From assembly GCF_009914755.1 (NCBI RefSeq), contig NC_060948.1: a DNA stretch of 64,000 nucleotides. One strand, 5' to 3'. The notes beneath the pieces were generated by a model, which saw only the letters and a list, made by a program, of their open reading frames with translations, was not told where the DNA came from and ran no database searches. Below, in pieces: positions 1 through 13,600 of this stretch. The position numbers were made by a program, and so were the translations under genes. How positions within the stretch are numbered: the stretch's first letter is position 1; the number at the start of each line of letters is the position of its first letter. Source of the DNA: the human T2T-CHM13v2.0 reference genome, Homo sapiens.

Positions 1-479
1 AATGCAATTTAATAAAATAGGATCAAATGTAATGGAATGGAATGGAAAGGAATCGAAACGAAAGGAATGGAGACAGATGGAATGGAATGGAACAGAGAGC
101 AATGGTATAGAATGGAATGGAATCATCTGGAATGGAATTGAATGGAATGGAATAATATGAAATGGAATGGAATGGAATGGAATGGAATGCCCTTGAATTA
201 AATGGACTGGAATGGAATGGACTCGAACAGAGTGGAATGGAAAGTGTTGAGATAGAATGGAATGGACTCCTTTGGAATGGTGTAGTATGCAATGCAATCG
301 ACTGGCAGGGAATCAAAAGGAATGTAATGGAATGGACTGGACTGGAATGCAATGGACTCGTATAGATTGGAAACGGAATGCAAAGGAATGGAATGGAATA
401 GTATGGAATGGAATGGAAAGGAATGGAGTGGAATAGACTAGAGTGGAATGGAATGGACTGGAAAGCAATGGACTGGAAT

Positions 480-494
480 GGAACTTTCTTGAAT
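480..494. promoter_or_regulatory. Canonical heat-shock element motif HSE-1 (recurs per unit; third GAA lost in units 14, 15, 18)
   Basis: gGAActTTCttGAAt matches nGAAnnTTCnnGAAn. Motif match only; binding not shown. Confidence 0.6.
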
Positions 495-2742
495 GGACTG
501 GAATCAAACGGAATGGAATGCAATGCAATCAAATGGCATGGAATAAAATAGAATGAAAGAGAATCAAATGGAATTGAATCGAATGGAATCGAATGGATTG
601 GAAAGGAATAGAATGGAATGGAATGGAATGGACTCAAATGGAATGTACTAGAATGGAATGGATTCGAATGGAAGGCAAAGGAATGGAATCTATTGGAATG
701 GACTGTAATGGAATGGAATGGAAGGGATTGGAATGGACTCGAATGGAATGGACTGCAATAGAAAGGATTCGAATGGAATGAAAAAGAATTGAATGGAATA
801 GAACAGAATGGAATCAAATCGAATGAAATGGAATGGAATAGAAAGGAATGGAATGAAATGGAATGGAAAGGATTCGAATGGAATGCAATCGAATGGAATG
901 GAATCGAACGGAATGGAATAAAATGGAAGAAAACTGGCAAGAAATGGAATCGAAATGAATGGAGTGTTATGGAACGGACTCAAAAGGAATTGAATGTAAT
1001 AGAATGGAGTGGAGTGGACTCGAATATAATGGACTGGAATGGAATGAAATCACATGGAATGGGAACGAATGGAATGGAATGGAAAGGAATGGAATCGAAT
1101 GGAAAGGAATCGAATGGAAGGGAATGAAATTGAATCAACAGGAATGGAAGGGAATAGAATAGACGGTAATGGAATGGACTCGAATAGAATGGACACGAAT
1201 GCTCAAATTGAATGGACTCGAATGGAATGGAAACGAAAGGAATGTAATCGAATGGAATTGAATCGATTGGAATGAAATCGCACAGAATGGAGTGGAATCA
1301 AATGGAATTGAATCGAAAGGAAAGGAAGCCAATGGACTGAAATGAAATGGAATGGAATTGAATGGAAAGTAATGCAATGGAATAGAATGGAACGAAATTT
1401 CACGGAATGGAATCAAACTGAATGGAATCAAATCAATGGAATCAAATCAAATGGAATGGAAAGGAATTGAATGGAGTAGATTGGATTGGATGGGATTGGA
1501 ATGAAATGTACTGGAAAGGACTCGAATTTCATGAAACGGAATGGAATGAATTGGAACGGAATGGACTCGAATGGAATGGAATGTCATGGAATGGCATCAA
1601 ATGGAATGGCATCAAATGGAATGGAATCGAATGCAATGGAATGCTATGGAATGGAATGGAATGCATTGGAATGGAATGTCCTCTAATGGAATGGATTCGA
1701 GTGGAATGGAATCGAATATAATGGAGTCGAATGAAATGGAATTGAAAGGAATGGGATCGAATACAATGGAATATACTGGAATGTAATGTAATGAACTCGA
1801 ATGTAATTGACTGGAATGGAATGTACATGAATGGAATGTAATCGAATGGAAAGTAATCCAATGGAATAGAATCTAATGCAATAAAATCGACTCAGATAGA
1901 GTAGAATGTAATGGAATGGAGTGCAGTGCAATGGAATGGATTGGAATGGAATGCAATGGAATGGAATGGAATGGAATGGAATGGAATGGAATGGGATGGA
2001 ATGGGATGGAATGGTATGGAATGGATAGTAATGGACTGGAGTGAAATGGACTGGAAAGGAATTGACTCAAATTGAAAGGGCTCGAAAGGAATGGAGTCAA
2101 ATGTAATGGTCTGGAATGGAATGAACACGAATGTAATGCAATCCAATAGAATGGAATCGAATGGCATGGAATATAAAGAAATGGAATCGAAGAGAATGGA
2201 AACAAATGGAATGGAATTGAATGGAATGGAATTGAATGGAATGGGAAGGAATGGAGTGAAATTGTATGCAGTAGAAGAGAATAGAATGGAATGCAAGCGA
2301 AAGGAAAGGAATGGATTGGAATGGAATGGAACTCATTGGAATGGAAGGGAATGTAGTGTAATGGACAGGCCTGGAATAAAGTGGAAAGCTACGGTCTCGA
2401 ATGGAATAAAAATATATGGAATGGAATGCAATGAAACGGAATCGAATGTCATAGAATGCAATGGAATGCAAAAACATGGAATCCAAAATCATTGACTGGA
2501 AAGGCTGGGTGTCGAAAGGAATTGACTCCAATGGAATGGAATCGAATGGAATGGAAGTGAATAGAATCGAACTAAATCGAATGGAATGGAATTGATAGGA
2601 ACGGAATGGAAAGGAATGCAATGATTTGGCATGGAATGGAATCGAATGGCATCGAATGGAATGGAATGGAATGCAATGGAATGGAATGTATTAGAATGTA
2701 ATGAACTTTAATGGAATGTACTCGAATGGATTCGACTGGAAT

Positions 2743-2757
2743 GGAATGTTCTGGAAG
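2743..2757. promoter_or_regulatory. Canonical heat-shock element motif HSE-2 (recurs in all units)
   Basis: gGAAtgTTCtgGAAg matches nGAAnnTTCnnGAAn. Motif match only. Confidence 0.6.
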
Positions 2758-3022
2758 TGAATGGACTCCAATGGAATGGATTCAAAAGGAATGGAATCGT
2801 ACGGAATGGAATCTAATGGAATGCAATTAAATGGAAATGAATCAAATTGAATAGCACGGAATTGAATTGAATGGAATGGAATGCAATGGAATCTAATGAA
2901 ACGGAAAGGAAAGGAATGGAATGGAATGGAATGGGCTGGAATGGAAAGGAATCGAAACGAATGGAATGGAATCGAACTGAAGAGACTGGAATGGAATGCA
3001 CTGGAATGGAAGGGAGTGTAAT

Positions 3023-3037
3023 GGAAGGTTCTCGAAA
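3023..3037. promoter_or_regulatory. Canonical heat-shock element motif HSE-3 (recurs in all units)
   Basis: gGAAggTTCtcGAAa matches nGAAnnTTCnnGAAn. Motif match only. Confidence 0.6.
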
Positions 3038-3569
3038 AAAATGGAATCGAATGGAATGGAATTGAATGGAACGGAATAGAGTCGAATGGAATTGAATGGA
3101 ATGGAATGGACTAGAGTGAAATGGAATCGAACCACAAGGAATGGACAGGAATAGAATGGTCTCGAATTGAATGGAATCGTATGGAATGGCATCAAACGGA
3201 ATGGAATGGACAGCCACGGAATGGAATGCACTCGAATGCAATGGAGTCGAAACTAATGGACTGGAATAGAATGGACTCGACTGGTACGGACTGCAATGGA
3301 ATGGAATCGAATGGAAGGGAATCGAACGGAATGGACTCGAAGGGAAAAGACTGCAATGGAAAGGTCTCGAATGGAATGGAAATTAATGGAATGGAATGGA
3401 ATCGAATGAAATGGAGTCAAAAGGAATGGAATCGAATGGCAAGAAATCGAATGTAATGGAATCGCAAGGAATTGATGTGAACGGAACGGAATGGAATGGA
3501 ATCCAAAGGAATGGAATAGAATGGAATGGAATCGAATGGAAAGGACTCGAATGGAAATCACTCGAATAG

Positions 3570-6500
3570 AATGCAATTTAATAAAATAGGATCAAATGTA
3601 ATGGAATGGAATGGAAAGGAATCGAAACGAAAGGAATGGAGACAGATGGAATGGAATGGAACAGAGAGCAATGGTATAGAATGGAATGGAATCATCTGGA
3701 ATGGAATTGAATGGAATGGAATAATATGAAATGGAATGGAATGGAATGGAATGGAATGCCCTTGAATTAAATGGACTGGAATGGAATGGACTCGAACAGA
3801 GTGGAATGGAAAGTGTTGAGATAGAATGGAATGGACTCCTTTGGAATGGTGTAGTATGCAATGCAATCGACTGGCAGGGAATCAAAAGGAATGTAATGGA
3901 AAGGACTGGACTGGAATGCAATGGACTCGTATAGATTGGAAACGGAATGCAAAGGAATGGAATGGAATAGTATGGAATGGAATGGAAAGGAATGGAGTGG
4001 AATAGACTAGAGTGGAATGGAATGGACTGGAAAGCAATGGACTGGAATGGAACTTTCTTGAATGGACTGGAATCAAACGGAATGGAATGCAATGCAATCA
4101 AATGGCATGGAATAAAATAGAATGAAAGAGAATCAAATGGAATTGAATCGAATGGAATCGAATGGATTGGAAAGGAATAGAATGGAATGGAATGGAATTG
4201 ACTCAAATGGAATGGACTAGAATGGAATGGATTCGAATGGAAGGCAAAGGAATGGAATCTATTGGAATGGACTGTAATGGAATGGAATGGAAGGGATTGG
4301 AATGGACTCGAATGGAATGGACTGCAATAGAAAGGATTCGAATGGAATGAAAAAGAATTGAATGGAATAGAACAGAATGGAATCAAATCGAATGAAATGG
4401 AATGGAATAGAAAGGAATGGAATGAAATGGAATGGAAAGGATTCGAATGGAATGCAATCGAATGGAATGGAATCGAACGGAATGGAATAAAATGGAAGAA
4501 AACTGGCAAGAAATGGAATCGAAATGAATGGAGTGTTATGGAACGGACTCAAAAGGAATTGAATGTAATAGAATGGAGTGGAGTGGACTCGAATATAATG
4601 GACTGGAATGGAATGAAATCACATGGAATGGGAACGAATGGAATGGAATGGAAAGGAATGGAATCGAATGGAAAGGAATCGAATGGAAGGGAATGAAATT
4701 GAATCAACAGGAATGGAAGGGAATAGAATAGACGGTAATGGAATGGACTCGAATAGAATGGACACGAATGCTCAAATTGAATGGACTCGAATGGAATGGA
4801 AACGAAAGGAATGTCATCGAATGGAATTGAATCGATTGGAATGAAATCGCATAGAATGGAGTGGAATCAAATGGAATTGAATCGAAAGGAAAGGAAGCCA
4901 ATGGACTGAAATGAAATGGAATGGAATTGAATGGAAAGTAATGCAATGGAATAGAATGGAACGAAATTTCACGGGATGGAATCAAACTGAATGGAATCAA
5001 ATCAATGGAATCAAATCAAATGGAATGGAAAGGAATTGAATGGAGTAGATTGGATTGGATGGGATTGGAATGAAATGTACTGGAAAGGACTCGAATTTCA
5101 TGAAACGGAATGGAATGAATTGGAACGGAATGGACTCGAATGGAATGGAATGTCATGGAATGGCATCAAATGGAATGGAATCGAATGCAATGGAATGCTA
5201 TGGAATGGAATGGAATGCATTGGAATGGAATGTCCTCTAATGGAATGGATTCGAGTGGAATGGAATCGAATATAATGGAGTCGAATGAAATGGAATTGAA
5301 AGGAATGGGATCGAATACAATGGAATATACTGGAATGTAATGTAATGAACTCGAATGTAATTGACTGGAATGGAATGTACATGAATGGAATGTAATCGAA
5401 TGGAAAGTAATCCAATGGAATAGAATCTAATGCAATAAAATCGACTCAGATAGAGTAGAATGTAATGGAATGGAGTGCAGTGCAATGGAATGGATTGGAA
5501 TGGAATGCAATGGAATGGAATGGAATGGAATGGAATGGAATGGAATGGGATGGAATGGGATGGAATGGTATGGAATGGATAGTAATGGACTGGAGTGAAA
5601 TGGACTGGAAAGGAATGGACTCAAATTGAAAGGGCTCGAAAGGAATGGAGTCAAATGTAATGGTCTGGAATGGAATGAACACGAATGTAATGCAATCCAA
5701 TAGAATGGAATCGAATGGCATGGAATATAAAGAAATGGAATCGAAGAGAATGGAAACAAATGGAATGGAATTGAATGGAATGGAATTGAATGGAATGGGA
5801 AGGAATGGAGTGAAATTGTATGCAGTAGAAGAGAATAGAATGGAATGCAAGCGAAAGGAAAGGAATGGATTGGAATGGAATGGAACTCATTGGAATGGAA
5901 GGGAATGTAGTGTAATGGACAGGCCTGGAATAAAGTGGAAAGCTACGGTCTCGAATGGAATAAAAATATATGGAATGGAATGCAATGAAACGGAATCGAA
6001 TGTCATAGAATGTAATGGAATGCAAAAACATGGAATCCAAAATCATTGACTGGAAAGGCTGGGTGTCGAAAGGAATTGACTCCAATGGAATGGAATCGAA
6101 TGGAATGGAAGTGAATAGAATCGAACTAAATCGAATGGAATGGAATTGATAGGAACGGAATGGAAAGGAATGCAATGATTTGGCATGGAATGGAATCGAA
6201 TGGCATCGAATGGAATGGAATGGAATGCAATGGAATGGAATGTATTAGAATGTAATGAACTTTAATGGAATGTACTCGAATGGATTCGACTGGAATGGAA
6301 TGTTCTGGAAGTGAATGGACTCCAATGGAATGGATTCAAAAGGAATGGAATCGTACGGAATGGAATCTAATGGAATGCAATTAAATGGAAATGAATCAAA
6401 TTGAATAGCACGGAATTGAATTGAATGGAATGGAATGCAATGGAATCTAATGAAACGGAAAGGAAAGGAATGGAATGGAATGGAATGGGCTGGAATGGAA

Positions 6501-7123
6501 AGGAATCGAAACGAATGGAATGGAATCGAAGTGAAGAGACTGGAATGGAATGCACTGGAATGGAAGGGAGTGTAATGGAAGGTTCTCGAAAAAAATGGAA
6601 TCGAATGGAATGGAATTGAATGGAACGGAATAGAGTCGAATGGAATTGAATGGAATGGAATGGACTAGAGTGAAATGGAATCGAACCACAAGGAATGGAC
6701 AGGAATAGAATGGTCTCGAATTGAATGGAATCGTATGGAATGGCATCAAACGGAATGGAATGGACAGCCACGGAATGGAATGCACTCGAATGCAATGGAG
6801 TCGAAACTAATGGACTGGAATAGAATGGACTCGACTGGTACGGACTGCAATGGAATGGAATCGAATGGAAGGGAATCGAACGGAATGGACTCGAAGGGAA
6901 AAGACTGCAATGGAAAGGTCTCGAATGGAATGGAAATTAATGGAATGGAATGGAATCGAATGAAATGGAGTCAAAAGGAATGGAATCGAATGGCAAGAAA
7001 TCGAATGTAATGGAATCGCAAGGAATTGATGTGAACGGAACGGAATGGAATGGAATCCAAAGGAATGGAATAGAATGGAATGGAATCGAATGGAAAGGAC
7101 TCGAATGGAAATCACTCGAATAG
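3570..7123 (+). repeat. DYZ1 unit 2 (3554 bp, subfamily A)
   Basis: One copy of the GGCATCAAATGGAAT 15-mer is missing near 5165. Confidence 0.93.
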
Positions 7124-10100
7124 AATGCAATTTAATAAAATAGGATCAAATGTAATGGAATGGAATGGAAAGGAATCGAAACGAAAGGAATGGAGACAGA
7201 TGGAATGGAATGGAAGAGAGAGCAATGGTATAGAATGGAATGGAATCATCTGGAATGGAATTGAATGGAATGGAATAATATGAAATGGAATGGAATGGAA
7301 TGGAATGGAATGCCCTTGAATTAAATGGACTGGAATGGAATGGACTCGAACAGAGTGGAATGGAAAGTGTTGAGATAGAATGGAATGGACTCCTTTGGAA
7401 TGGTGTAGTATGCAATGCAATCGACTGGCAGGGAATCAAAAGGAATGTAATGGAATGGACTGGACTGGAATGCAATGGACTCGTATAGATTGGAAACGGA
7501 ATGCAAAGGAATGGAATGGAATAGTATGGAATGGAATGGAAAGGAATGGAGTGGAATAGACTAGAGTGGAATGGAATGGACTGGAAAGCAATGGACTGGA
7601 ATGGAACTTTCTTGAATGGACTGGAATCAAACGGAATGGAATGCAATGCAATCAAATGGCATGGAATAAAATAGAATGAAAGAGAATCAAATGGAATTGA
7701 ATCGAATGGAATCGAATGGATTGGAAAGGAATAGAATGGAATGGAATGGAATTGACTCAAATGGAATGGACTAGAATGGAATGGATTCGAATGGAAGGCA
7801 AAGGAATGGAATCTATTGGAATGGACTGTAATGGAATGGAATGGAAGGGATTGGAATGGACTCGAATGGAATGGACTGCAATAGAAAGGATTCGAATGGA
7901 ATGAAAAAGAATTGAATGGAATAGAACAGAATGGAATCAAATCGAATGAAATGGAATGGAATAGAAAGGAATGGAATGAAATGGAATGGAAAGGATTCGA
8001 ATGGAATGCAATCGAATGGAATGGAATCGAACGGAATGGAATAAAATGGAAGAAAACTGGCAAGAAATGGAATCGAAATGAATGGAGTGTTATGGAACGG
8101 ACTCAAAAGGAATTGAATGTAATAGAATGGAGTGGAGTGGACTCGAATATAATGGACTGGAATGGAATGAAATCACATGGAATGGGAACGAATGGAATGG
8201 AATGGAAAGGAATGGAATCGAATGGAAAGGAATCGAATGGAAGGGAATGCAATTGAATCAACAGGAATGGAAGGGAATAGAATAGACGGTAATGGAATGG
8301 ACTCGAATAGAATGGACACGAATGCTCAAATTGAATGGACTCGAATGGAATGGAAACGAAAGGAATGTCATCGAATGGAATTGAATCGATTGGAATGAAA
8401 TCGCATAGAATGGAGTGGAATCAAATGGAATTGAATCGAAAGGAAAGGAAGCCAATGGACTGAAATGAAATGGAATGGAATTGAATGGAAAGTAATGCAA
8501 TGGAATAGAATGGAACGAAATTTCACGGGATGGAATCAAACTGAATGGAATCAAATCAATGGAATCAAATCAAATGGAATGGAAAGGAATTGAATGGAGT
8601 AGATTGGATTGGATGGGATTGGAATGAAATGTACTGGAAAGGACTCGAATTTCATGAAACGGAATGGAATGAATTGGAACGGAATGGACTCGAATGGAAT
8701 GGAATGTCATGGAATGGCATCAAATGGAATGGAATCGAATGCAATGGAATGCTATGGAATGGAATGGAATGCATTGGAATGGAATGTCCTCTAATGGAAT
8801 GGATTCGAGTGGAATGGAATCGAATATAATGGAGTCGAATGAAATGGAATTGAAAGGAATGGGATCGAATACAATGGAATATACTGGAATGTAATGTAAT
8901 GAACTCGAATGTAATTGACTGGAATGGAATGTACATGAATGGAATGTAATCGAATGGAAAGTAATCCAATGGAATAGAATCTAATGCAATAAAATCGACT
9001 CAGATAGAGTAGAATGTAATGGAATGGAGTGCAGTGCAATGGAATGGATTGGAATGGAATGCAATGGAATGGAATGGAATGGAATGGAATGGAATGGAAT
9101 GGGATGGAATGGGATGGAATGGTATGGAATGGATAGTAATGGACTGGAGTGAAATGGACTGGAAAGGAATGGACTCAAATTGAAAGGGCTCGAAAGGAAT
9201 GGAGTCAAATGTAATGGTCTGGAATGGAATGAACACGAATGTAATGCAATCCAATAGAATGGAATCGAATGGCATGGAATATAAAGAAATGGAATCGAAG
9301 AGAATGGAAACAAATGGAATGGAATTGAATGGAATGGAATTGAATGGAATGGGAAGGAATGGAGTGAAATTGTATGCAGTAGAAGAGAATAGAATGGAAT
9401 GCAAGCGAAAGGAAAGGAATGGATTGGAATGGAATGGAACTCATTGGAATGGAAGGGAATGTAGTGTAATGGACAGGCCTGGAATAAAGTGGAAAGCTAC
9501 GGTCTCGAATGGAATAAAAATATATGGAATGGAATGCAATGAAACGGAATCGAATGTCATAGAATGTAATGGAATGCAAAAACATGGAATCCAAAATCAT
9601 TGACTGGAAAGGCTGGGTGTCGAAAGGAATTGACTCCAATGGAATGGAATCGAATGGAATGGAAGTGAATAGAATCGAACTAAATCGAATGGAATGGAAT
9701 TGATAGGAACGGAATGGAAAGGAATGCAATGATTTGGCATGGAATGGAATCGAATGGCATCGAATGGAATGGAATGGAATGCAATGGAATGGAATGTATT
9801 AGAATGTAATGAACTTTAATGGAATGTACTCGAATGGATTCGACTGGAATGGAATGTTCTGGAAGTGAATGGACTCCAATGGAATGGATTCAAAAGGAAT
9901 GGAATCGTACGGAATGGAATCTAATGGAATGGAATTAAATGGAAATGAATCAAATTGAATAGCACGGAATTGAATTGAATGGAATGGAATGCAATGGAAT
10001 CTAATGAAACGGAAAGGAAAGGAATGGAATGGAATGGAATGGGCTGGAATGGAAAGGAATCGAAACGAATGGAATGGAATCGAAGTGAAGAGACTGGAAT

Positions 10101-10677
10101 GGAATGCACTGGAATGGAAGGGAGTGTAATGGAAGGTTCTCGAAAAAAATGGAATCGAATGGAATGGAATTGAATGGAACGGAATAGAGTCGAATGGAAT
10201 TGAATGGAATGGAATGGACTAGAGTGAAATGGAATCGAACCACAAGGAATGGACAGGAATAGAATGGTCTCGAATTGAATGGAATCGTATGGAATGGCAT
10301 CAAACGGAATGGAATGGACAGCCACGGAATGGAATGCACTCGAATGCAATGGAGTCGAAACTAATGGACTGGAATAGAATGGACTCGACTGGTACGGACT
10401 GCAATGGAATGGAATCGAATGGAAGGGAATCGAACGGAATGGACTCGAAGGGAAAAGACTGCAATGGAAAGGTCTCGAATGGAATGGAAATTAATGGAAT
10501 GGAATGGAATCGAATGAAATGGAGTCAAAAGGAATGGAATCGAATGGCAAGAAATCGAATGTAATGGAATCGCAAGGAATTGATGTGAACGGAACGGAAT
10601 GGAATGGAATCCAAAGGAATGGAATAGAATGGAATGGAATCGAATGGAAAGGACTCGAATGGAAATCACTCGAATAG
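7124..10677 (+). repeat. DYZ1 unit 3 (3554 bp, subfamily A)
   Basis: Same 15-bp deletion as unit 2, near 8720. Confidence 0.93.
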
Positions 10678-13600
10678 AATGCAATTTAATAAAATAGGAT
10701 CAAATGTAATGGAATGGAATGGAAAGGAATCGAAACGAAAGGAATGGAGACAGATGGAATGGAATGGAACAGAGAGCAATGGTATAGAATGGAATGGAAT
10801 CATCTGGAATGGAATTGAATGGAATGGAATAATATGAAATGGAATGGAATGGAATGGAATGGAATGCCCTTGAATTAAATGGACTGGAATGGAATGGACT
10901 CGAACAGAGTGGAATGGAAAGTGTTGAGATAGAATGGAATGGACTCCTTTGGAATGGTGTAGTATGCAATGCAATCGACTGGCAGGGAATCAAAAGGAAT
11001 GTAATGGAATGGACTGGACTGGAATGCAATGGACTCGTATAGATTGGAAACGGAATGCAAAGGAATGGAATGGAATAGTATGGAATGGAATGGAAAGGAA
11101 TGGAGTGGAATAGACTAGAGTGGAATGGAATGGACTGGAAAGCAATGGACTGGAATGGAACTTTCTTGAATGGACTGGAATCAAACGGAATGGAATGCAA
11201 TGCAATCAAATGGCATGGAATAAAATAGAATGAAAGAGAATCAAATGGAATTGAATCGAATGGAATCGAATGGATTGGAAAGGAATAGAATGGAATGGAA
11301 TGGAATTGACTCAAATGGAATGGACTAGAATGGAATGGATTCGAATGGAAGGCAAAGGAATGGAATCTATTGGAATGGACTGTAATGGAATGGATTGGAA
11401 TGGACTCGAATGGAATGGACTGCAATAGAAAGGATTCGAATGGAATGAAAAAGAATTGAATGGAATAGAACAGAATGGAATCAAATCGAATGAAATGGAA
11501 TGGAGTAGAAAGGAATGGAATGAAATGGAATGGAAAGGATTCGAATGGAATGCAATCGAATGGAATGGAATCGAACGGAATGGAATAAAATGGAAGAAAA
11601 CTGGCAAGAAATGGAATCGAAATGAATGGAGTGTTATGGAACGGACTCAAAAGGAATTGAATGTAATAGAATGGAGTGGAGTGGACTCGAATATAATGGA
11701 CTGGAATGGAATGAAATCACATGGAATGGGAACGAATGGAATGGAATGGAAAGGAATGGAATCGAATGGAAAGGAATCGAATGGAAGGGAATGCAATTGA
11801 ATCAACAGGAATGGAAGGGAATAGAATAGACGGTAATGGAATGGACTTGAATAGAATGGACACGAATGCTCAAATTGAATGGACTCGAATGGAATGGAAA
11901 CGAAAGGAATGTCATCGAATGGAATTGAATCGATTGGAATGAAATCGCATAGAATGGAGTGGAATCAAATGGAATTGAATCGAAAGGAAAGGAAGCCAAT
12001 GGACTGAAATGAAATGGAATGGAATTGAATGGAAAGTAATGCAATGGAATAGAATGGAACGAAATTTCACCGAATGGAATGAAACTGAATGGAATCAAAT
12101 CAATGGAATCTAATCAAGTGGAATGGAAAGGAATTGAATGGAGTAGATTGGATTGGATGGGATTGGAATGAAATGTACTGGAAAGGACTCGAGTTTCATG
12201 AAACGGAATGGAATGAATTGGAACGGAATGGACTCGAATGGAATGGAATGTCATGGAATGGCATCAAATGGAATGGCATCAAATGGAATGGAATCGAATG
12301 CAATGGAATGCTATGGAATGGAATGGAATGCATTGGAATGGAATGTCCTCTAATGGAATGGATTCGACTGGAATGGAATCGAATATAATGGAGTCGAATG
12401 AAATGGAATTGAAAGGAATGGGATCGAATACAATGGAATATACTGGAATGTAATGTAATGAACTCGAATGTAATTGACTGGAATGGAATGTACATGAATG
12501 GAATGTAATCGAATGGAAAGTAATCCAATGGAATAGAATCTAATGCAATAAAATCGACTCAGATAGAGTAGAATGTAATGGAATTGAGTGCAGTGCAATG
12601 GAATGGAATGGAATGGAATGCAATGGAATGGAATGGAATGGAATGGAATGGAATGGAATGGAATGGGATGGAATGGTATGGAATGGATAGTAATTTACTG
12701 GAGTGAAATGGACTGGAAAGGAATGGACTCAAATTGAAAGGGCTCGAAAGGAATGGAGTCAAATGGAATGGTCTGGAATGGAATGAACACGAATGTAATG
12801 CAATCCAATAGAATGGAATCGAATGGCATGGAATATAAAGAAATGGAATCGAAGAGAATGGAAACAAATGGAATGGAATTGAATGGAATGGGATTGAATG
12901 GAATGGGAGGGAATGGAGTGAAATTGTATGCAGTAGAAGAGAATAGAATGGAATGCAAGCGAAAGGAAAGGAATGGATTGGAATGGAATGGAATTCATTG
13001 GAATGGAAGGGAATGTAGTGTAATGGACAGGCCTGGAATAAAGTGGAATGCTACGGTGTCAAATGGAATAAAAATGTATGGAATGGAATGCAATGAAACG
13101 GAATCGAATGTCATAGAATGTAATGGAATGCAAAAAAATGGAATCCAAAATCATTGACTGGAAAGGCTGGGTGTCGAAAGGAATTGACTCCAATGGAATG
13201 GAATCGAATGGAATGGAAGTGAATAGAATCGAACTAAATCGAATGGAATGGAATTGATAGGAACGGAATGGAAAGGAATGCAATGATTTGGCATGGAATG
13301 GAATCGAATGGCATCGAATGGAATGGAATGGAATGCAATGGAATGGAATGTATTAGAATGTAATGAACTTTAATGGAATGTACTCGAATGGATTCGACTG
13401 GAATGGAATGTTCTGGAAGTGAATGGACTCCAATGGAATGGATTCAAAAGGAATGGAATCGTACGGAATGGAATCTAATGGAATGGAATTAAATGGAAAT
13501 GAATCAAATTGAATAGCACGGAATTGAATTGAATGGAATGGAATGCAATGGAATCTAATGAAACGGAAAGGAAAGGAATGGAATGGAATGGAATGGGCTG

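Larger units (their letters stand above)
1..3569 (+). repeat. DYZ1 unit 1 (3569 bp, EcoRI- subfamily A)
   Basis: Landmark spacing; GAACTC allele near 2329; private alleles shared with unit 9. Confidence 0.93.

Noticed and set aside
23-940. 305-aa minus-strand ORF repeated in most units (316 aa at 10700 and 39181; 313 aa at 60418)
   Set aside because: (ATTCC)n has no stop codon in any frame and translates to FHSIP repeats. The ORF is low-complexity, overlaps similar ORFs in other frames, has no recognisable domain and is broken freely by 10- and 16-bp indels.
1854-1864. TAATCCAATGG resembling a DUX4 site
   Set aside because: It lacks the terminal ATCA half-site of the TAAYBBAATCA consensus.
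11-2410. Several AATAAA hexamers per unit (e.g. 11-16, 542-547, 2375-2380)
   Set aside because: They arise easily from GGAAT by G-to-A changes on an A-rich strand, and there is no transcript evidence here to call them polyadenylation signals.
162-3729. Numerous plus-strand MEWNG-repeat ORFs of 60-134 aa
   Set aside because: ATG is part of the GGAATG repeat, so starts are everywhere; the products are simply the translated pentamer with no coding evidence.
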